24,000 bases of DNA from assembly GCF_003854895.1 (NCBI RefSeq), contig NZ_CP033966.1:1722689-1746688 (forward strand), in the 5' to 3' direction. This stretch comes from Pigmentiphaga sp. H8 (GTDB taxonomy: Bacteria > Pseudomonadota > Gammaproteobacteria > Burkholderiales > Burkholderiaceae_B). The position numbers and the translations under genes were made by a program. Every line of letters begins with the position of its first letter. The stretch's first letter is position 1. A model generated the notes under the pieces. The model saw only the letters and a list, made by a program, of their open reading frames with translations, had not been told where the DNA came from and did not search any database. Shown piece after piece: positions 17,420-24,000 of the stretch.

Positions 17420-18232
17420 ATGACACCCATGAAGGCAGGCACCGCTCCGGCACCCGGCCCAGGGCCTCGGGGCATCCAATCCCTGGAAATCGGCTATCGC
17501 ATCCTGGTGGCCATCCAGATGGGCCCCGGCGCGGTGGCCTTGAAAGACATCGCGGCGCGCGCCGACATCACGGCCAGCGCGGCCCACAACTATCTCGCCA
17601 GCTTCGTGCGCGTCGGCATGGTCAAGAGCGACGGCCGCGGCCTGTACCGTCTGGGTCCCAGCCTGGCGGCGCTCGGCATGACCGCCGCCCGCGACGTCGA
17701 TCACTTCGAATTGGTGCGCGAGGCCGCCGTCGCGCTGAGCGAGGAAACCGGCCTGGGCGTGGCGGTGGTCATCTGGAGCAACGGCCCGGTCATCCTGGTC
17801 AACCAGTCGGCGGTGCGCGGCCGGGTCTTCGAGCTGCGCAACGGCCCGGTCGAAATGCTGCACACGGCCGCCGGCCATGTGTTCGCGGCGCATCTTGCCG
17901 ACCAGGCGGTGCTGCCCGTGCTCAAGAGGGAGTTGGAGGCGAATGGGCTGGCGCCCACGCCGCAGGAGGCCGAGGCCAGGCTCGCGGCCATGCGTGCCCC
18001 GGTACTGGAGCGGGGGTATTCGGTGGTGGAACTGCGTGCCTTGCCGACCTATCTGGCGGTCAGCGTGCCCGTGTGGAACGTGCACGGCGAGGTGGCCTAT
18101 GGCCTGACGATCACGTCGCCCATGTCGCTGCTGGACACGAGCAAGGACAGTACGCAGGTCCGGGCGCTACGGGAAAAGGGCAGGGCGTTGTCGCGCCTGC
18201 TGGGCGCGCCGGCCAGTCTCTGGGCCGAATGA
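17420..18232 (+). CDS. IclR-family transcriptional regulator
   Basis: GIQSLEIGYRILVAIQMGPGAVALKDIAARADITASAAHNYLASFVRVGMVKSDGRGLYRLGPSLAALG (IclR HTH) plus C-terminal effector domain (SEETGLGVAVVIWSNGPVILVNQSA). Confidence 0.93.
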   Translation: MTPMKAGTAPAPGPGPRGIQSLEIGYRILVAIQMGPGAVALKDIAARADITASAAHNYLASFVRVGMVKSDGRGLYRLGPSLAALGMTAARDVDHFELVREAAVALSEETGLGVAVVIWSNGPVILVNQSAVRGRVFELRNGPVEMLHTAAGHVFAAHLADQAVLPVLKRELEANGLAPTPQEAEARLAAMRAPVLERGYSVVELRALPTYLAVSVPVWNVHGEVAYGLTITSPMSLLDTSKDSTQVRALREKGRALSRLLGAPASLWAE

Positions 18233-18264
18233 AGGCGTGCCGGGGGTTTGCCCCGGCACGCCTT
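18232..18264. terminator. Bidirectional hairpin between convergent genes (possible transcription terminator)
   Basis: Perfect 14-bp stem AAGGCGTGCCGGGG (18232-18245) / CCCCGGCACGCCTT (18251-18264) with a 5-nt loop. It begins at the last base of the IclR stop codon; no U-tract on either strand. Confidence 0.5.
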
Positions 18265-18284
18265 GCGAAACAGCGGCTGTCTGC

Positions 18285-18608
18285 TTACAGGTTGGCGGGG
18301 TATTCGCCCGGGCCGCCGACGCGATTGGCCGCGTTGTATTCGTTGCGCTCCTGCCGGACCTGCGCGCGGTCAACCGGCTTGCTGGCTTGCTGGACGGTCT
18401 GGTCGGGGAAGCCTTCCTGGCCGTAGACGATGCCGCCGTTGGCCTTGGCCTGCGCCAGTTCTTCAAGGACCTGGGCGCGGGTCAACTGGGACGTGGTCGA
18501 GATGTCGGGGGGCGGAAAATCGTTGCCGTAGTTGTTGCCTTGGTCGGCATGGGCGGCGGCGCCGAACAGAGTCGCGGCGATCAGGGTGGTGTAGGCAATG
18601 GCTTTCAT
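18285..18608 (-). CDS. DUF4148-like small secreted protein
   Basis: MKAIAYTTLIAATLFGAAAHADQGNNYGNDFPPPDISTTSQLTRAQVLEELAQAKANGGI...: signal peptide plus the LTRAQV..EL.QA..NG signature common in Burkholderiales DUF4148 proteins. Confidence 0.8.
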   Translation of the reverse strand: MKAIAYTTLIAATLFGAAAHADQGNNYGNDFPPPDISTTSQLTRAQVLEELAQAKANGGIVYGQEGFPDQTVQQASKPVDRAQVRQERNEYNAANRVGGPGEYPANL

Positions 18609-18768
18609 GGCATATCTCCAAAGTGTGGGGTGTCGGGCGGCTGGACGTCGTGTCAACCGCCGTGCTTTGAAGATGGGCGCGCAAGAATCCTTTTAAATAC
18701 CGAAGATTTGGAAATGACTTTTCCAGTTTCACCAACAATCGGATGTTTCGAAGGCGGGTGGTCGCCGG

Positions 18769-19986
18769 CTAGAGCGACAGCATTTCTTCGCCCTCGCGCG
18801 GCGCCGCGGCGTCGCGGGCGCCCCCCCGTTCCTGTCCGGATGCACAGGAGATCCGGTCGCGTCCCTGCCGCTTGGCGGCGTACAGCAGGATGTCGGCGCG
18901 GGCGAAAAGTTCGTACAGCGGTTCGTCCACCCGGGACTGCGCGATGCCGAAGCTGGCCGTCACGGAAAAATCGCCGCGCGGGTTTTCCAGGCGCGTCAGC
19001 GCCAGTTGCGCGCGTATGCGCTCGGCCACCTGGACCGCCCCGGCCGCCGGGGTGCCCGGCATCAGGATCGCGAACTCGTCGCCGCCCAGCCGCCAGGCCA
19101 TGTCGCCGGTGCGGGTGCAGTCGCGGATGATCCTTCCCATCTCGGCCAGCGTCGCGTCGCCCGCGGCGTGGCCATAGGTGTCGTTGATGGCCTTGAAGGT
19201 GTCCAGGTCCAGCAGCACCAGGCTGAACGGATACTCCGGGTGACGCTGCGGGCGGCCAAGGCTCAGGTCTTCGAAATTGCGGCGGTTCTTCAGTTGCGTG
19301 AGCGGGTCGGTAACGCGTTCGTGCTTGAGCGGCGCGATGATGTCGGACAGGGCGCTGGCGAACAGCGACCCGCCCAGCACCAGGACGAGGGCGGCGGGCG
19401 GAAGAGCCAGCAGCCAGGCGTTGGGCTGCACGAACTCGCCTGACTGGGGCGGGGTCGAGCCCGCGACCCAGGAAATGCCCAGGAACAGGCAGGCGCAAAC
19501 GAGCGGAAGCATCCAGTACAGGACCTGGTCGGCTATGCCCCCGCGGCGCAGCGTGCCCAGCCGCATCCAGGCCAGGAGCAGCAGCGCGCCCAGGCCGACG
19601 CCCAGCGTATAGGCGAACGCGGGGACGTCGTTCTGCATGATGTGGAAGTGCAGCAGCAGGACCAGGATGGCGATGCCCAGCGCGCCCAGCGGCGATCCGT
19701 CGGCGTCGATGCCGCAGCGCGCGAGCAGGCCGCGGGCAAGCAGCAGCGCGCTGCCCACGTAGAGCACGGCGGCGGCCAGGTCGTCGCCCGTCATATCGGC
19801 GTGATCGAAGATGCGCAACAGGGTACCGGCGGCGTAGACGGCGAAGGCGGCGGCGTACAGCAGCAGATAGGCGCGCGGACGCTCGTGGGCCCACAGGCAG
19901 GCGAAGCCCAGCGCGAACAGCAGGCACATCGCGGGATTGCCGAGCGCCAGGGCCTGGCTGGCGGTAAGTGGCAGGGACGAGTCCAA
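18769..19986 (-). CDS. Membrane-bound GGDEF diguanylate cyclase
   Basis: N-terminal multi-TM region, then DPLTQLKNRRNFEDLS...LVLLDLDTFKAINDTYGHAAGDATLAEM...WRLGGDEFAILMP. Complete active-site motif. Confidence 0.93.
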   Translation of the reverse strand: MDSSLPLTASQALALGNPAMCLLFALGFACLWAHERPRAYLLLYAAAFAVYAAGTLLRIFDHADMTGDDLAAAVLYVGSALLLARGLLARCGIDADGSPLGALGIAILVLLLHFHIMQNDVPAFAYTLGVGLGALLLLAWMRLGTLRRGGIADQVLYWMLPLVCACLFLGISWVAGSTPPQSGEFVQPNAWLLALPPAALVLVLGGSLFASALSDIIAPLKHERVTDPLTQLKNRRNFEDLSLGRPQRHPEYPFSLVLLDLDTFKAINDTYGHAAGDATLAEMGRIIRDCTRTGDMAWRLGGDEFAILMPGTPAAGAVQVAERIRAQLALTRLENPRGDFSVTASFGIAQSRVDEPLYELFARADILLYAAKRQGRDRISCASGQERGGARDAAAPREGEEMLSL

Positions 19987-20119
19987 TTTGGCACTCCTGA
20001 ACGACCCGGTCTATGAAGCCTTGCCGGGACAGGTAGCCGTATCTTAGGAAGGGACGCCCAGGAATGAAACTGCTTGTAAAGAATCGTTCACGTTTGCGCG
20101 CGCGATGCCGCCAGGGTGT

Positions 20120-20812
20120 TCAGCCGGCGAAACGGTAGCCGACGCCGACCTCCGTCAGCAGGTAGGCCGGCTGAGCCGGGTCGGCCTCGAGTTTCTGCCT
20201 GAGATGGCCCATGTAGATGCGCAGATAATGGTTGTTGCCGACGTAGGCCGGACCCCACACCTCGCGCAGGAGTTCTCGGTGCGTCAGGACCTTGCCGCGG
20301 TGCGCCGCCAAAGTGGCGAGCAGGCGGTATTCGCGGTTGGTCAGGTGCACGGCCTCGCCGCCGCGGGTCACGGTGCGCCGGGCGAAATCCAGGGTGACTT
20401 CGCCGAAATGGATTTCCGCCGGCTGGCCGGCTCCCCCGCGCGCGTGCCGGCGCAGCAGGACCCGCACCCGCGCCAGGAGTTCGCCCACGCCGAAGGGCTT
20501 GCTCAGATAGTCGTCGGCACCGGCGTCCAGCGCGCCGATCTTGTCGCTTTCGGCGTCGCGGGCCGACAGCACCAGTACCGGCACTTCGGTCCAGCCGCGC
20601 AGCTCGGGGATCAGCGTCATGCCGTCGGCATCGGGCAGGCCCAGGTCCAGGATGACCAGGTCGGGGTGCCGGGTTCCGGCCTCGATCAGTCCGCGCTGCA
20701 CGGTCTCGGCCTCGAAGATCGCGGCGCCTTCGCCCTCCAGCGCGCTGCGAACGAAGCGGCGGATGGCCGCGTCGTCTTCGATGATCAGGATGTTGGGTCG
20801 GTAGTCGAACAT
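20120..20812 (-). CDS. kdpE: KdpE response regulator (OmpR/PhoB type)
   Basis: MFDYRPNILIIEDDAAIRRFVRSALEGEGAAIFEAETVQRGLIEAGTRHPDLVILDLGLPDADGM...VLSARDAESDKIGALDAGADDYLSKPFGVGELLARVRVLLRRHAR... plus a winged-helix C-terminus; adjacent to kdpD. Confidence 0.95.
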   Translation of the reverse strand: MFDYRPNILIIEDDAAIRRFVRSALEGEGAAIFEAETVQRGLIEAGTRHPDLVILDLGLPDADGMTLIPELRGWTEVPVLVLSARDAESDKIGALDAGADDYLSKPFGVGELLARVRVLLRRHARGGAGQPAEIHFGEVTLDFARRTVTRGGEAVHLTNREYRLLATLAAHRGKVLTHRELLREVWGPAYVGNNHYLRIYMGHLRQKLEADPAQPAYLLTEVGVGYRFAG

Positions 20813-23574
20813 GGCGTGTCCGGTTCGGGATGGATGTCCGGCGGCGTGCCCAGGGGCAGAGTGAACGCGAAACGCGCGCCGCGTCCGCCCGGCGCGGCTT
20901 CGAGCCCGATGTCGCCGCCGTGGGCGCGGATGATGGCCTGGCAGACGGCCAGGCCCAGGCCTACGCCTGGCGTGGACGATTCGCGTTCGCCGCGGGCGAA
21001 CTTGTCGAAGATGCGGTCCGCGATGTCTGGCGGTACGCCGGGGCCATCGTCGGTCACCAGCGTGGCAAGCCGGTCGCCGCGGATTTCGGCGTCGATGCGC
21101 AGGGTGCTGGACTCGGGGGTGTACTTGATGGCGTTCTCGAGCAGGTTGCACAGCACGCGTTCGATCAGGACGCCGTCGCATTCCACCAATGGCAGGTCGG
21201 ACAGGCGGCCCACGGCGACGCGTCGTTGGCCCAGGGCATCGCGCATGTAGGCCAGCGCCGATCCGACCAGTTCCTCGATGGACTGCCATTCGCGGTGCAG
21301 CGGCGCATCGCCGCTCTGCAGCCGGGCCATGTCGAGGATGTTGTCCACCATGGCGTGCATGCGGCGGGCCTGCACCGTCAGCCCGTGCAGCGCGTCGCGC
21401 ACCCCGCGCGGCAGTTCGGGATGCTGCCGCTGCAAGGTCTCCGATGTGCCGACCAGGCTGGTCAGCGGCGTGCGCAGGTCGTGCGAGACGGCGGACAACA
21501 GCGAGTTGCGCAGTTTCTCGGACTCGACGTTCAAGAGCGCATGCTGGGCGACTTCCACATAGTGCAGGCGTTCGAGCGCGATGGCCACCAGCGTGCCGTA
21601 GGCCGCCATCTGCCGGCGGCTTTCGGCGTCGTCCAGGTCGGGGCGGCCGCCACAGGCGATCGCCAGCACGCCGCGCGTGCGCATCGAGGCCTGCAGGGGC
21701 AGGTAGTAGAAGGCGCTGGTGGACAGCGTGGCCGTGCCGGCGCCGGCGGGCTGCCCGTGGTCGTAGGCCCATTGCGCCAGAGCCGGCTCCAGCCCCGCGG
21801 AGGCATCGGCCGGGGTCGCGGACAGCAGCCGGTCGGCGGTGTCCAGGACGTACAGCACGCAGTGGGTGTCGAAGGCCGCGTGGACATACGAGGACGTGGC
21901 TTCGACGATCTGTTCCGGCTGCAGCGCCGACGACAGCTCGCGCGCGAATTCGTACAGCCCGTGCGCCTCGGCCTCGCGGCGGACCGAGGTTTCGGCCTGC
22001 AGGCGCAGCCCCGCGGTCAACTGCCCGACCACGAGCCCCGCCGCCAGCAGGACGAGGAAGGTCAGCGCATACTGGATGTCGGAGATCGCGAAGGACCACA
22101 GGGGCTGGACGAACAGGAAATCGAACAGGCCGACGCTGACCAGCGAAGCAAGGGCGGCCGGCCCGCGGCCATGGCGCAGCGCCACCCCGATCACCGCCAG
22201 CAGGAACAGCATGACGATGTTGGTCTGGTGCAGCACCGGGAAGGCCAGCGAGGACAGCGCGGCCGCGGCGCCGCAATACACCAGCGCCCAGAGATAGGCC
22301 GGCAGGTGGGAGGCGCCGCGCGGCTGTCGCTCGCCGGCCCGCGCCGTTGCCGCCGCGCGCGCCGGCGCGGGCAGGGGTGGCGCGGCGATGCGGATCACGT
22401 CGATTTCCGGGCAGGCGGCCGCCAACAGGTCGGCGAAGCTGTGGCGGTGCCAGATCCAGCCCGGCGCCAGCAGCCGCGACAGCAGGCCCGACAGCGACAG
22501 GCGCAGGCGCCGCAGGCCGCCCGGCGCGGTGCGGCCCAGCACCACCTTGGTGATGTTGTGGCGCCGCGCGTAGCGCACCACGGCCTCGACCAGATCGGTG
22601 CCGCCCAGGACCTCGGTGCGGGCGCCCAGCGACTCGGCGTGCGCCAGCACGCGCCGCAGGGTGTCGTGCCGCGAAGCCGGCTGGGGCTGGACGCGCAGGC
22701 TCTCGATGGTGACCACGTGCAGTTCGCAATCGAGTTGCTGGGCGAGGCGATGCGCGTTGCGCACCACGTGGCCGGCATCGTCGGCGGCGATACAGGCAAG
22801 GACGGCTTCCCGGGTGCGCCAGATATCCGTGATGGCCCGGTCCAGCCGGTAGGCCTGGACGTCGTCGTCCACGTGTTCCGCGGTGCGCCGCAGGGCCAGT
22901 TCGCGCAGCGCGATCAGGTTGCCCTTGCGGAAGAAATGGCCGGCGGCGTGCCGGGCCTGCTCGGGCAGGTATACCTTGCCCTGGCGCAGGCGGCGCAGCA
23001 GCTCGTCGGCCGAGGTGTCGACCAGGATGATTTCGGCGGCGCCGTCGAACACGGCGTCGGGCACGGTCTCCCGTATCCGCACGCCGGTGATGCCTCCCAC
23101 CGCTTCGTTCAAGCTGTCCAGGTGCTGCACGTTCAGCGTGGTCCAGACGTCGATGCCGGCCGCGAGCAGTTCGTGCACGTCCTGCCATCGCTTGTCGTGG
23201 CGAGACCCAGGGACGTTCGAGTGAGCCAGTTCGTCCACCAGCACCAGGGCGGGCCGCCGCGCCAGCGCGCCGTCCAGGTCGAATTCCTTCAACACCCGTT
23301 CGCGGTAGCGGATCTCGGCCAGGGGCAGGGCAGGGATGCCGGCCAGCAGGGCCATCGTTTCCTTGCGCCCATGCGTCTCGACGACGCCGGCCACCACGTC
23401 CGCGCCTTGCTCCATCCGGTGGCGCGCGGCCTCCAGCATGGCGTAGGTCTTGCCGACGCCGGCCGAGGCGCCGAAATAGATGCGCAGCCGGCCGCGCGCG
23501 GCCGGCCGCCCGGCGGCATCGAGGTTCCTGAGCAGGGTATCGGGGTCGGGACGGCCGGGGGCGGCGGATGCCAT
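20785..23574 (-). CDS. kdpD: KdpD osmosensitive K+ sensor histidine kinase
   Basis: RLRIYFGASAGVGKTYAMLEAARHRMEQGADVVAGVVETHGRKETMALL (KdpD N-terminal domain), Usp-like segment, 4-TM region, HDLRTPLTSLVGTSETL H-box, LLENAIKYTPE N-box, TDDGPGVPPDIADRIFDKFARGERES. 929 aa; overlaps kdpE by 28 nt. Confidence 0.97.
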   Translation of the reverse strand: MASAAPGRPDPDTLLRNLDAAGRPAARGRLRIYFGASAGVGKTYAMLEAARHRMEQGADVVAGVVETHGRKETMALLAGIPALPLAEIRYRERVLKEFDLDGALARRPALVLVDELAHSNVPGSRHDKRWQDVHELLAAGIDVWTTLNVQHLDSLNEAVGGITGVRIRETVPDAVFDGAAEIILVDTSADELLRRLRQGKVYLPEQARHAAGHFFRKGNLIALRELALRRTAEHVDDDVQAYRLDRAITDIWRTREAVLACIAADDAGHVVRNAHRLAQQLDCELHVVTIESLRVQPQPASRHDTLRRVLAHAESLGARTEVLGGTDLVEAVVRYARRHNITKVVLGRTAPGGLRRLRLSLSGLLSRLLAPGWIWHRHSFADLLAAACPEIDVIRIAAPPLPAPARAAATARAGERQPRGASHLPAYLWALVYCGAAAALSSLAFPVLHQTNIVMLFLLAVIGVALRHGRGPAALASLVSVGLFDFLFVQPLWSFAISDIQYALTFLVLLAAGLVVGQLTAGLRLQAETSVRREAEAHGLYEFARELSSALQPEQIVEATSSYVHAAFDTHCVLYVLDTADRLLSATPADASAGLEPALAQWAYDHGQPAGAGTATLSTSAFYYLPLQASMRTRGVLAIACGGRPDLDDAESRRQMAAYGTLVAIALERLHYVEVAQHALLNVESEKLRNSLLSAVSHDLRTPLTSLVGTSETLQRQHPELPRGVRDALHGLTVQARRMHAMVDNILDMARLQSGDAPLHREWQSIEELVGSALAYMRDALGQRRVAVGRLSDLPLVECDGVLIERVLCNLLENAIKYTPESSTLRIDAEIRGDRLATLVTDDGPGVPPDIADRIFDKFARGERESSTPGVGLGLAVCQAIIRAHGGDIGLEAAPGGRGARFAFTLPLGTPPDIHPEPDTPCSTTDPTS

Positions 23575-23601
23575 GTGTGGGGTCTGGGCGCGGACGGCGG
23601 A

Positions 23602-24000
23602 TCAGGAGCGGGGCTGCCGGTCCAGCGCAAGGTTGAGCTGGAGTACGTTTACCACGGGTTCGCCCAGTATGCCGATGAACGGCCGCTGCGTATGCGCGGC
23701 GATCAGTTTTTCCACCTCGTCCGAGGACAGCCCGCGCTCGCGTGCCACCCTCGGCGCCTGGTAGCGGGCGCCCGCCACGCTGATGTGGGGATCCAGGCCG
23801 CTGCCCGAAGCGGCAACCAGGTCCACCGGGATCGGCGCCGCGTTGCCCGGGTCGGCCCGCCGCAGCGCCAGGGCGCGCTCGCCGGCCAGGCGCGCCAGGT
23901 CGGGATTGCTCGGCCCGAGGTTGGAACCGCCGGAAGCTTGCGCGTTGTACGGGCGGTCGGCGGTGGCCGAGGGACGGCCCCAGAAATAGCGGGGCGCGGT
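23602..24000 (-). CDS. kdpC: KdpC, potassium-transporting ATPase subunit C (C-terminal part; 5' end beyond the window)
   Basis: Minus-strand frame from the edge reads TAPRYFWGRPSATADRPYNAQASGGSNLGPSNPDLARLAGERALALRRADPGNAAPIPVDLVAASGSGLDPHISVAGARYQAPRVARERGLSSDEVEKLIAAHTQRPFIGILGEPVVNVLQLNLAL*, matching the KdpC signature. Confidence 0.96.
   Translation of the reverse strand, partial: TAPRYFWGRPSATADRPYNAQASGGSNLGPSNPDLARLAGERALALRRADPGNAAPIPVDLVAASGSGLDPHISVAGARYQAPRVARERGLSSDEVEKLIAAHTQRPFIGILGEPVVNVLQLNLALDRQPRS

Noticed and set aside
20120-23188. 1022-aa minus-strand ORF spanning kdpE and most of kdpD
   Set aside because: Only the C-terminal about 230 aa (KdpE) is real. The upstream Arg/Pro/Ala/Gly-rich part is an alternate frame of kdpD produced by high GC and lacks domain signatures.
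1-24000. tRNA/rRNA genes, CRISPR arrays, transposases/integrases, toxin-antitoxin or phage-defence modules
   Set aside because: None recognised on reading the sequence and the six-frame translations; spacers are short and genes are metabolic, regulatory or transport. A formal tRNAscan/CRISPR/HMM search was not possible here.

Overview
High-GC proteobacterial chromosomal window, probably Betaproteobacteria/Alcaligenaceae (inferred from orphan Bug-type receptors, DUF4148 and general gene style). It is densely coding, with no RNA genes, CRISPR arrays or mobile elements that I can support. Main blocks: (i) the C-terminal end of an upstream CDS; (ii) two convergent LysR regulators; (iii) a divergent catabolic-looking cluster (about 2.1-8.6 kb), with cupin and Bug receptor on the minus strand and HpcH/HpaI aldolase, DUF1330, Bug receptor and a P450 / flavin-reductase / [2Fe-2S] ferredoxin fusion on the plus strand; (iv) a UPF0718-like permease; (v) an MHYT-GGDEF-EAL protein; (vi) an MFS transporter; (vii) a minus-strand operon encoding flavin reductase, VOC protein, LuxA-like flavin monooxygenase, alpha/beta hydrolase and Bug receptor, divergent from an IclR regulator; (viii) a DUF4148 protein and a GGDEF diguanylate cyclase; (ix) kdpC(partial)-kdpD-kdpE. 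The strongest candidate for something under-described is the self-sufficient P450 fusion, which has unusual I-helix and heme-loop residues, and its surrounding cluster. I found no evidence of a defence system or other exotic machinery.
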